64,000 nucleotides of DNA from Rhizobiales bacterium UBA1912 (GTDB lineage: Bacteria > Pseudomonadota > Alphaproteobacteria > Rhizobiales > Devosiaceae): NCBI GenBank assembly GCA_002337455.1, contig DDGC01000006.1, forward strand, positions 17,922 to 81,921. Direction: 5' to 3'. The stretch's first letter is position 1, and every line of letters begins with the position of its first letter. Shown in pieces: positions 9,467-17,683 of this stretch. The notes beneath the pieces were generated by a model. That model worked only from the letters and a program-made list of their open reading frames with translations, did not search any database and was not told the origin of the DNA. The position numbers and the translations under genes are program-made.

Positions 9467-10167
9467 GCCTTATCGATCTCAAGGACATCGTGGCCGGCTA
9501 TGGCGGTGCGCCGATTTTGAATGGCGTCAACATGGCGATCGACGCGTCCGATATCGGGGTGATCGTTGGGCCGAACGGCGCAGGCAAATCGACGACGCTC
9601 AAGGCTATTTTCGGGCTTTTGGCGGTGACCGAGGGTACCGTCACGTTCGACGGGCAGGATGTGACCAATTTCGAGGCCGACCGGCTGGTGCCGATGGGGC
9701 TCTCGTTCGTGCCCCAGGAACACAACGTTTTTACCTCGATGTCGGTGCACGAGAATTTCGAGATGGGCGCGTTCGTGCGGCGCGACGACATCTCGGACAG
9801 TCTCGACATGGTCTATGAGATGTTTCCGGATTTGAAGGCCAAGCGCAAGCAGCCGGCGGGCGAACTTTCGGGCGGGCAACGCCAGATGGTGGCCATGGGC
9901 CGGGCGCTGATGAGCCGGCCGAAACTTTTGATGCTCGACGAGCCTTCAGCGGGGCTTTCGCCGCGCTACATGCTGGAAATCTTCGAACAGGTGGTCAAGA
10001 TCAACGCCGCGGGCGTGGGGATACTGATGGTTGAGCAGAATGCGCGCCAGGCGCTGGCATTTGCGACCAAGGGGTTCGTTTTGACCAGTGGACAGAACAG
10101 GTTCACCGGAACCGGGCAGGAATTGCTCGACGATCCGGATGTGGCCAAGAGCTTTCTTGGGGGGTAG
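9463..10167 (+). CDS. Liv/HAAT-type ABC transporter ATP-binding protein (LivF-like)
   Basis: MSLIDLKDIVAGYGG.., GPNGAGKST, LSGGQRQMVAMGR, LLMLDEP. ATGA overlap with the upstream gene; the track ORF is extended on the 5' side. Confidence 0.88.
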   Translation: MSLIDLKDIVAGYGGAPILNGVNMAIDASDIGVIVGPNGAGKSTTLKAIFGLLAVTEGTVTFDGQDVTNFEADRLVPMGLSFVPQEHNVFTSMSVHENFEMGAFVRRDDISDSLDMVYEMFPDLKAKRKQPAGELSGGQRQMVAMGRALMSRPKLLMLDEPSAGLSPRYMLEIFEQVVKINAAGVGILMVEQNARQALAFATKGFVLTSGQNRFTGTGQELLDDPDVAKSFLGG

Positions 10168-10188
10168 CCCGAGGGCTGGTGAAAAGAC

Positions 10189-11187
10189 ATGAACGATCTG
10201 ATCTTTTTCTTCAATCAGGCGGTGATCGGCGGGGTGGTTCTCGGCTCGATCTATGCGCTGGGCGCCGTCGGCGTGACGCTGATCTTCGGCATCTTGCGGT
10301 TTGCCCATTTCGCCCATGGAGACATGATGACCATGGGTGCGTTCATCACCTTCGTTCTGGCCGGCGTGCTGGCGGCGATGGGCATCGTGACGCCCATTCC
10401 GACAGGGGTGCTCGTGGTGCCATTGGCCATGGTGCTGGCGGCGGGGCTGGCGCTGGGGATCGACAAGGGCTTTTATGCGCCGCTTCGGGCGCGGGGCGCA
10501 AAGCCCGTGACGCTGCTGATCGCCTCAATCGGCGTCACCATGATGATCCAGGGGCTGATCCGGCTGTTTTTCGGGGTGGAAACACGCTCGTTCTTCGATA
10601 CCGAACCCAAGCAGATCTTCAGGCTCGAATTGCCCTTCGAGGGGGTGACGCGGCCCATTACCTTTACCGAGCCGCAGATATGGCTGGTGGCTTCGACCGC
10701 CATTGCGGTGATCGCGCTGCATTATTTCCTCACCCGCTCGCGTCTGGGCAAGGGGATGCGGGCTATGGCCGATAATTCCGACCTCGCCAAGGTTTCCGGC
10801 ATCAACACAAAACTCGTCGTGCGGGTGACATGGGTGATCGCGGGGGCTCTGGCGTGCCTTGCGGGGACCATGCTGGCGCTGGACGTGACGCTGAAGCCCG
10901 ATCTGGCGTTCAATATCGTCCTGCCGATCTTTGCCGCGGCTATCCTGGGCGGGCTGGGGCATGCCTATGGGGCGATTGCTGGTGGGTTCGTTCTGGGGTT
11001 TGCCGAAACGCTGGCCGTTTTCAACTGGTCGGTGCTGCTGCGCCCGTTCCGCGACGTCCTGTGGTTTGAAATTCCCAATTCGCTGACGCTGGTGCAGTCC
11101 GAATACAAACTCACAGTCGCCTTCCTGATCCTTGTCGTCGTGCTTCTGGTGCGGCCGACGGGCATCTTCAAGGGAGCCTCGACATGA
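10189..11187 (+). CDS. Liv/HAAT-type ABC transporter permease (LivH-like)
   Basis: 332-aa polytopic protein beginning MNDLIFFFNQAVIGGVVLGSIYALGAVGVTLIFG.., typical of LivH. Confidence 0.88.
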   Translation: MNDLIFFFNQAVIGGVVLGSIYALGAVGVTLIFGILRFAHFAHGDMMTMGAFITFVLAGVLAAMGIVTPIPTGVLVVPLAMVLAAGLALGIDKGFYAPLRARGAKPVTLLIASIGVTMMIQGLIRLFFGVETRSFFDTEPKQIFRLELPFEGVTRPITFTEPQIWLVASTAIAVIALHYFLTRSRLGKGMRAMADNSDLAKVSGINTKLVVRVTWVIAGALACLAGTMLALDVTLKPDLAFNIVLPIFAAAILGGLGHAYGAIAGGFVLGFAETLAVFNWSVLLRPFRDVLWFEIPNSLTLVQSEYKLTVAFLILVVVLLVRPTGIFKGAST

Positions 11188-12467
11188 CCGTGCGCTATAT
11201 CGGGCTGTTTGCGGCGCTGTTTGCGCTGATCGTTTTCGTTGGCGTGATGATGGGCACCCCGTTCACGGTGCGGCTGATGGTGGAAGCCTTCGCCTTTGCG
11301 CTGATCGCCATGGGGCTCAACATCCAGTGGGGCTTTGGCGGGCTGTTCAATTTCGGCATCCTGGGCATGCTGATGGTCGGCGGGTTCGCTGTCACCTTCG
11401 TCTCGTTTCCGGTCAACATGGCGTTCTGGGAATCCGAGGGTCCGGCGTTGCTCGGGCTCACGGCCGTGGCTGCGGGCATCGGGGCGGTGCTGATCTTTTT
11501 CGCCCATCGGGTGCAGCAGTTCGGGATCAAGGGCAAATGGCGCGGGGCGGTGATCGTTCTCGCCTGGTTTGCAGCCTATGTGATCTTTCGCACGCAGATG
11601 GACCCGGCGGCCAACTATATCACCTCGACTGCAGGTTGGGTCGGCGGGCTCGGGCTGCCAGTAATCCTTGGCTGGGCGTTCGGCGGGGTGCTTGCGGGGT
11701 TGATCGGGTTCCTGGTGGGCAAGGTCAGCCTTGGGCTTCGGGCCGATTATCTGGCCATCGCGACCATCGGGATTGCCGAAATCCTGCGCGCCGTGATCCG
11801 CAATATGGAATGGCTGACGCGCGGCACGCTGACGGTTTCGCCCATTCCCTGGCCGGTGCCCAATCCGCAATATTATCAGGAGTTGGGCGTTTCGATTTCC
11901 GACAGTTTTATTTACGCGCGGGGCGGGTTTCTGGTGCTGGTGGTGGCTATAGTCATCGTGGCACTGTTTTTGATCCACAGGGCCTATCAGGGCCCGTGGG
12001 GCCGCATGATGCGGGCCATCCGCGACAATCACATTTCCGCTGCCTCGATGGGCAAGGATGTGACCGGGCGGCAGCTGGAGATCTTTGTGTTCGGCTCGGT
12101 GCTCATGGGCATCGGCGGGGCGATCCTGGTTTCGTTCGTCGGCATCTACGATCCCTCCAGCTACCAGCCGATCAACCACACCTTCATCATCTGGGTGATG
12201 CTGATTGTTGGCGGGGCCGGCAACAATTTCGGGGCGCTGTTTGGCGGGTTGTTCATCTACATCGTGTGGATGCTGTCCGAGCAGTTGGCGACGGCCCTGT
12301 TCGGTACACTGAGCAACTGGTCTTCGGCCATGGGTTGGGGCGAAATTCCCGATATCGAAACCCGCGCCGTGCAGATGCGGATTTTCGTACTTGGGCTCGT
12401 GGTGACGATTGCGTTGCGGTTCGCGCCCAAGGGGCTGCTGCCGGAGAATATCAAGGCTCGAGACTGA
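11184..12467 (+). CDS. Liv/HAAT-type ABC transporter permease (LivM-like)
   Basis: 427-aa polytopic protein with ..GLNIQWGFGGLFNFG.. and ..IATIGIAEILR... 4-nt overlap with the LivH-like gene. Confidence 0.88.
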   Translation: MTVRYIGLFAALFALIVFVGVMMGTPFTVRLMVEAFAFALIAMGLNIQWGFGGLFNFGILGMLMVGGFAVTFVSFPVNMAFWESEGPALLGLTAVAAGIGAVLIFFAHRVQQFGIKGKWRGAVIVLAWFAAYVIFRTQMDPAANYITSTAGWVGGLGLPVILGWAFGGVLAGLIGFLVGKVSLGLRADYLAIATIGIAEILRAVIRNMEWLTRGTLTVSPIPWPVPNPQYYQELGVSISDSFIYARGGFLVLVVAIVIVALFLIHRAYQGPWGRMMRAIRDNHISAASMGKDVTGRQLEIFVFGSVLMGIGGAILVSFVGIYDPSSYQPINHTFIIWVMLIVGGAGNNFGALFGGLFIYIVWMLSEQLATALFGTLSNWSSAMGWGEIPDIETRAVQMRIFVLGLVVTIALRFAPKGLLPENIKARD

Positions 12468-12570
12468 GCCCTATCCTGTCCGTCTGTGCCCGCTACGACG
12501 CCACGAGATGGATTCCGGGAATAGATCCCTGAATGACACGCAGGGGTTGGCGAACGAGACGCCAGAGAAG

Positions 12571-12600
12571 AAAAAAGCCCGGGATCGCTCCCGGGCTTTT
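12571..12600. terminator. bidirectional intrinsic terminator between the convergent LivM-like permease and binding-protein genes
   Basis: AAAAAAGCCCGGGA-tcgc-TCCCGGGCTTTT: 9-bp perfect stem, 4-nt loop, an A-run on one side and a T-run on the other. Confidence 0.85.
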
Positions 12601-12620
12601 CGTATTGGATGGTCGTCGGG

Positions 12621-13829
12621 TTATTCGATGACGCCAACTTCGACGAACGAGCCGCCTTCGACGGTCAACTCGACGATCACGCCGTCAACATCGCCCGCGT
12701 CGTCGAAATCGAGATCGCCGCCGGCGCCCTGGTAGTCGATGTCGGTGCCGGCCGCGATGAGTTCCCTGGCCTTTTCCCATTCACCGGGAAGGATGGTTTC
12801 GCCCGGAGCCGAGGACACTTCGCGCAGGGCAGCCGAAACGCCTTCACGGTCAGCAGAGCCGTTCTTTTCGATGGCAAGAGCCAGAAGGAACGCGGCGTCA
12901 TAGGACTGGGGGGCGTAAACGTCGTTTGGCGTAAGCCCGGCAGCGGTGGCCAGTTCGGCGTAAACCGTTGCGCTATCGCCTTCGAACGCACCGGCGCGGG
13001 TGGCGATCATGCCTTCCACGCTTGCTGCGTCGATGCCGGTGAACAGATCGTCGCCGACCATGCCGTCACCACCCACGAAGGTGAGGAAGTTGCCCGATTC
13101 CAGCGCCTGGCGCAGGATGGTCTGGCCCGAGGAATTGGCATAAGCCAGAACGACGAGGGTTTCGGCGCCCGAGGAGGCGAGGTTGCCCAGCTCGGCGCGA
13201 TAATCGGCCTTGCCGTCTTCGTGGGCGAGGTTGGCCGCGATGGTGCCGCCGCCAGCTTCATAGGCCTCGGTTACAGCCGAAGCGAAGCCCGAGCCATAGT
13301 CGTTGTTGACGTAGGTCAGAGCGATTTCGGTGATGTCCTTGGACAGCAGCAGCTCGGCGAGCTTCTGGCCCTGGAAGGCATCGGAAGGGGTGGTGCGGAA
13401 GACGAGGTCGTTGTCTTCGAGCGTGGTCAGGGCCGGTGCGGTGGAGGCAGGCGAGACCATGACGACACCGCCGGGAATGGCAGCTGAATTGGCGCCGCCG
13501 ATGGTTTCACCGGTGCAGAGCCCGCCAACGATGGCGGTAACCTGATCTGTATTGACCAGACGGTCGGTGGCGTTTGCAGCAGCGGTTGCATCACAGGCGC
13601 CGTCGGCGGAAGTGATGGTGAGCGTGCCGCCATCAAGGATGCCGCCCTGCTCGTTGATATGCGCGACGGCCAGTTCAGCACCGGCAAAGATCGGTGGGGT
13701 CAGGCTTTCGATGGGGCCGGTGAAGCCGCCAACAAAGCCGAGCGTGACGTCCTGAGCGACGGCGGGGGCTGCGGTCGACAGAACACCCACAGCGACCGCA
13801 AGGGTCAGAGATTTTTTGATATGACGCAT
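12621..13829 (-). CDS. ABC transporter substrate-binding protein (LivJ/K-like, type-I periplasmic binding fold)
   Basis: Signal peptide MRHIKKSLTLAVAVGVLSTAAPAVAQ, then ..LGFVGGFTGPI..AELAV..IN..GG... The start is set at ATG 13829; the track ORF extends to 13949. Confidence 0.88.
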   Translation of the reverse strand: MRHIKKSLTLAVAVGVLSTAAPAVAQDVTLGFVGGFTGPIESLTPPIFAGAELAVAHINEQGGILDGGTLTITSADGACDATAAANATDRLVNTDQVTAIVGGLCTGETIGGANSAAIPGGVVMVSPASTAPALTTLEDNDLVFRTTPSDAFQGQKLAELLLSKDITEIALTYVNNDYGSGFASAVTEAYEAGGGTIAANLAHEDGKADYRAELGNLASSGAETLVVLAYANSSGQTILRQALESGNFLTFVGGDGMVGDDLFTGIDAASVEGMIATRAGAFEGDSATVYAELATAAGLTPNDVYAPQSYDAAFLLALAIEKNGSADREGVSAALREVSSAPGETILPGEWEKARELIAAGTDIDYQGAGGDLDFDDAGDVDGVIVELTVEGGSFVEVGVIE

Positions 13830-14054
13830 GATATCCCTCAAAAAGTTTGGTCGTGCCATGCCCCTCCCGTGCCGCTTGGCGATCTTTTCGGTCCGGACAG
13901 CCCAACTGGAAAAAGGCCCACTCGCTGGACCTGCTCCAGCCATTACCATTGCACAGTTGCGTTTATGGAGTCATCAGCTTTTGGCACGAATTTTCGTGAG
14001 CCTACAATTGCTTAACGGGCAGGGTTTTGCCAGTTATGATCCCTTTCCGATCCT

Positions 14055-14110
14055 GGAGCATTTCATACTGCAGGTCTTTGGTTTCCCGCGCTTCCGGACC
14101 AGATAAGTGG
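14055..14110 (+). repeat. degenerate copy of the dispersed two-hairpin repeat (GGAGCATTTCA...GCGCTTCCGGACCAGATAAGTGG)
   Basis: Aligns with 21858-21936. Most of the head hairpin and the 3' arm of the tail hairpin are missing. Confidence 0.5.
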
Positions 14111-14139
14111 CCGACAGCGCTCCAAGAGGTGGACGGCCG

Positions 14140-15198
14140 ATGCGCATGAAGATGGCCCTTGTGCTTGCTGCGGCGCTGAGTTTACCGGTGGCTGCGTTGG
14201 CGCAGATGCAGGTGCTCGATGCACCCGGCGGCGCGGCGGAACCGGCGGCAGAGGAAACCTCGCCCGCGCCGTGCGGCACGACCGAGATCACCATTGCCGA
14301 GATGGGTTGGCCTTCGGCGGCTATCCTGGCCAATATCCACGCCACGTTGCTGCGCGCCGAGTATGAGTGCGTGGTACGGCTGGTGCCCGGCGAACCCGAA
14401 GCGACGCTGTCCTCGATGGCGACCACACAGCAACCGGCCGTGGCGCCCGAATTGTGGGTGTCGCGGCAAGCCGAAGTGTGGAACGGCGCGATGCAGGCGC
14501 GCAGTGCCAGGGCCGCGGCACCGGCCTTCAGCGGCGGGCCGCTGGAAGCGTGGTTCGTGCCCTCCTATGTCATCGACAACAATCGGGGCTTGGCCGGGGC
14601 GAGCGATATCATGGATCACTGGCGGGTGTTCGTCCCGGAGGGAGACACGAGGGCAAAACTCTATTCCTGTCCCGCCGATTGGGCCTGCGCCATCATCAAC
14701 AAGAACATGGCGGCGGGGCTGGGGCTCAATGAGCGCTTCGATATCGTCGAACCGCTCGACAGGTTCGCCATGGACGGCGCGCTCACCGATGCGGTAAGCC
14801 AGCGCCGGCCGGTCCTGACCTATTATTGGCAGCCCAATGCGCTGATAGACCGGCTGGACCTCGTGCCGCTCGACATGGGCGGGTTCGATGCGGGTAACGC
14901 CCAGTGCATGGCGATCCGCGATTGTGTGCCGTTCGGGGGATCAGGCTTTGCGCCCGATGCGGTAGTGATCGCCGTGGCCGAATGGGTGTTTTCCGATACG
15001 CCCGATATTGCCGATTATTTCGCGCAGGCCTCAATGCCGCTCTCCGAAATGAACCGGCTTTTGGCCTGGCAGGCCGAAAACGAGGCGAGCCCGGACGCTG
15101 TGGCGCAGCACTTTCTGATCACGGGGCGGGACGTCTGGCAGGGCTGGGTGGCCGATGGCGGCGACGCGGATGCGGCGTCCCCGGACGCGGCACAATAA
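14140..15198 (+). CDS. glycine-betaine/OpuAC (ProX)-type substrate-binding protein, orphan
   Basis: Signal peptide MRMKMALVLAAALSLPVAALAQ. Shows the OpuAC-like pattern ..ITIAEMGWPSAAILANI.. and ..APELWVSRQ... No cognate permease or ATPase is adjacent. Confidence 0.7.
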   Translation: MRMKMALVLAAALSLPVAALAQMQVLDAPGGAAEPAAEETSPAPCGTTEITIAEMGWPSAAILANIHATLLRAEYECVVRLVPGEPEATLSSMATTQQPAVAPELWVSRQAEVWNGAMQARSARAAAPAFSGGPLEAWFVPSYVIDNNRGLAGASDIMDHWRVFVPEGDTRAKLYSCPADWACAIINKNMAAGLGLNERFDIVEPLDRFAMDGALTDAVSQRRPVLTYYWQPNALIDRLDLVPLDMGGFDAGNAQCMAIRDCVPFGGSGFAPDAVVIAVAEWVFSDTPDIADYFAQASMPLSEMNRLLAWQAENEASPDAVAQHFLITGRDVWQGWVADGGDADAASPDAAQ

Positions 15199-15397
15199 AA
15201 GTTTGCTAACCATAAAAACGACGTCTTGCGGCACTGTCGCAAGGTTGTAACAAAGTGGGTCGACACTAAAAGATTGGCGGCATCCCATTGCCATCTTTGT
15301 ACAAGTCGTTGATTTCATTGAAATATAGTTTGCCATGTTCACTTCGCGTTAAAGCGGACTTTGTAGGGTCTCGCAGAACAAGCGGACGTGGCATTGC

Positions 15398-16927
15398 ATG
15401 CGTACAGAACTCTCGCTCACAAATATTCTCGCTGTCTATCGCGGCACGGCTTTCGCTGCGGGCGTCGCTGGTTGCGTCATCGTTTTTGTATCCGTTGAGG
15501 CGCTGATTGCCGGCTGGCTTGGGCTGAGGCATGAAAATCTGGCGCTTCCGGTGGTGGCGATTGGCGGGTTGGGGCTGCTGGCGATCATAATCTGGGGCTA
15601 TTTCTCGCTGCGCAGGGCGCTGGTTCTCGCCGAGACGCGGCGGCGCGAATTGCTGGCCTCACTCAATCGCGATGCGCTGACGGGCGCGTTCAACCGGAAA
15701 TATTTCCTCGATCGGCTGCGCGAGATGGTTCGGGAGTCCGAGCGGATGCCCGTGGCCTATATCCAGATCGACATGGATCATCTCAAGGCCATCAATGACG
15801 GAACGGGTCACGCGGCCGGGGATCAGGCTCTGGTGCGGCTGGCGCGCACGCTCGAGGAACTGGTGCCCGGGGCGGTGATCGGCCGGTTGGGCGGAGATGA
15901 ATTCGCGCTGGCTCTGGCTGGGGTCAGCTCCAAGGCGGCGTTGAAGCGGCTGGGTGACCGGGTGCTCGAGGCACTCGACCGGCCCGAACCGCTGGCCGGA
16001 CGAGACGTAAGGCTTTCGGCGACAATGGGCATCGCCACGGCGCCCGGGGATGCGGGCGACACCGACACGCTGATCACGAAGGCCGATCTGGCGCTCTACA
16101 AAGGCAAGCATGGCGGGCGCGGCAGGGTAACCGTTTTCGAGCGGGAACTGTTGAGCGAAGAGCGTTATCAGCGGTTCATCGAGCGCGAATTGCGGGCGGC
16201 GATCCTGATGGACGAACTCGAGGTCCACTATCAGCCGGTTTTTGGCCGGGACGGCCAGCAGCGCTCGGTCGAGGCGCTGGTGCGCTGGCGCCATTCCGTG
16301 CGTGGGATGATTTCGCCCGGGGCGTTCGTGCCGATCGCCGAACAGTCCGATCTGATCGCCAAACTCGGGCAATGGGTGCTGCGGCGGGTGTGCGCCGATG
16401 TGCACAGGCTGCCAACAAGAAGGGTGGCGATCAACGTTTCGGCGGCTGAACTGCGTCATCCCGACTATGCGGCGCGCTTCGCTGAGGAGATTGCCGCCAA
16501 CGGACTGATGGGGGACCGGTTCATCGTCGAGATCACCGAGACCGCGCCGTTGCAAAAGAACTCGGCCGAACGCACCAATCTGGAATTCCTGCGGGCGCTG
16601 GGCGTGCGTATTGCCGTCGACGATTTCGGGGCCGGTCATGCCAGCCTTGGGTATCTGCGAGATCTGTCCTTCGATATCCTAAAGATCGACCGGGCCTATG
16701 TCTCGGAGATTACCTCGCGGCCCGTGGATTCGATGATCGTTGAATCGATCTGCAAGATCGCCCAGGGGTTGGGGGTCGAGGTGATTGCCGAGGGCGTGGA
16801 AACGCCCGAGCAGCATGCGGCGCTGGCCGAACTGGGGTGTACCGGCTTCCAGGGCTTTCTTTTGGGCCGACCGCAACCGCTTCGCGCCGAAGTCGAACCC
16901 GAAGACGCGGCGGTCAAAGCGGCCTGA
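15398..16927 (+). CDS. membrane-anchored GGDEF-EAL protein (diguanylate cyclase/phosphodiesterase)
   Basis: Two N-terminal TM helices. GGDEF motif (..RLGGDEFALAL..) and EAL motif (..VEALVRW.., ..DDFGAGHASL.., ..KIDR..). Confidence 0.9.
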   Translation: MRTELSLTNILAVYRGTAFAAGVAGCVIVFVSVEALIAGWLGLRHENLALPVVAIGGLGLLAIIIWGYFSLRRALVLAETRRRELLASLNRDALTGAFNRKYFLDRLREMVRESERMPVAYIQIDMDHLKAINDGTGHAAGDQALVRLARTLEELVPGAVIGRLGGDEFALALAGVSSKAALKRLGDRVLEALDRPEPLAGRDVRLSATMGIATAPGDAGDTDTLITKADLALYKGKHGGRGRVTVFERELLSEERYQRFIERELRAAILMDELEVHYQPVFGRDGQQRSVEALVRWRHSVRGMISPGAFVPIAEQSDLIAKLGQWVLRRVCADVHRLPTRRVAINVSAAELRHPDYAARFAEEIAANGLMGDRFIVEITETAPLQKNSAERTNLEFLRALGVRIAVDDFGAGHASLGYLRDLSFDILKIDRAYVSEITSRPVDSMIVESICKIAQGLGVEVIAEGVETPEQHAALAELGCTGFQGFLLGRPQPLRAEVEPEDAAVKAA

Positions 16928-16930
16928 ACC

Positions 16931-17036
16931 TTAGAGCTTGATCCCTCCCGATTGTATCGGGCCGGCCGCTCCAAGTCCTTATTCGGTCGCGAGATCGAAC
17001 CGGAAAAGTCTGCAACTTTCCCTGATCTCACTCTAG
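16931..17036 (+). repeat. dispersed two-hairpin intergenic repeat, complete copy
   Basis: Head GAGCTTGATCCCTCCCGAT-tgt-ATCGGGCCGGCCGCTC, linker GGTCGCG, tail CGAACCGGAAAAGT-ctgca-ACTTTCCCTG. Confidence 0.65.
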
Positions 17037-17118
17037 CGGCTCTGTTGCGCACCGGTGGCCATGATGGCTATAAGAGCGGTGAGTGATGGGAACTTTTCCG
17101 CGTCAGGGAGAACGGGTT

Positions 17119-17541
17119 TTGGATATCAGAAAGATAAATGACCGCATGAGCGTTTCGGGGCAGATCCTGCCTTCCGATATCGAGACGATCAAACAAGCGG
17201 GCTTTGTCTCGATCATCAACAACCGTCCCGACGGCGAGGCGCCAGACCAACCGGCAAGCGCCCAGATCGCGGAAGCCGCGCAGGCTGCGGGCCTTGGCTA
17301 TTACGAAATTCCCATGGGCCGGGAAGGTGTGACCCCCGATATGGTGGCTGCCACCCGGACGGCGCTCGAAGAGAGCGACGGACCCGTGTTTGCGTTTTGC
17401 CGTTCGGGCACGCGCTCGACGACACTTTGGGCGCTCAGCCAGGCGGGCACCGACACGTCGGATGCGATCATCGATTCCGCTGCCAAGGCAGGCTACGACA
17501 TGAGCCACCTGACCGCGCATCTGGACAAGCCGATCTCCTGA
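17119..17541 (+). CDS. TIGR01244-family (DUF442, Blh N-terminal-like) sulfur-transferase/phosphatase-fold protein
   Basis: ..DIRKINDRMSVSGQILPSDIETIKQAGFVSIINNRPDGE..FCRSGTRS... The proposed TTG start at 17119 has GGGAGA 8 nt upstream; the track start is 17083. Confidence 0.75.
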   Translation: MDIRKINDRMSVSGQILPSDIETIKQAGFVSIINNRPDGEAPDQPASAQIAEAAQAAGLGYYEIPMGREGVTPDMVAATRTALEESDGPVFAFCRSGTRSTTLWALSQAGTDTSDAIIDSAAKAGYDMSHLTAHLDKPIS

Positions 17542-17683
17542 CCGCACCGGTCGGGGAGGGGCTTTCCCTTTTGGCATAGTATCTTGTCCGGCCGTGCACC
17601 GGCCGGTCTCAGTGACGGCAACACGATCTGCGGGCGCGTACTCCCATGCGTCCCGACACGCTCTAGCAGGGGGTTTCCAATCC

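Noticed and set aside
10965-12532. 404-aa (minus strand) and 466-aa (plus strand, alternate frame) ORFs across the Liv permease genes
   Set aside because: The sequences are low-complexity and rich in His/Arg/Gly/Asp with no motifs. The LivH-like and LivM-like frames are clearly genuine.
12609-13487. 292-aa plus-strand ORF antisense to the Liv binding protein
   Set aside because: It is a Gly/Val/Asp-rich mirror of the real minus-strand gene, which has a signal peptide and a binding-protein pattern.
15225-15243. CTTGCG-N7-CGCAAG hairpin after the orphan binding-protein gene
   Set aside because: The stem is only 6 bp with no following T-run, so I do not call it a terminator.
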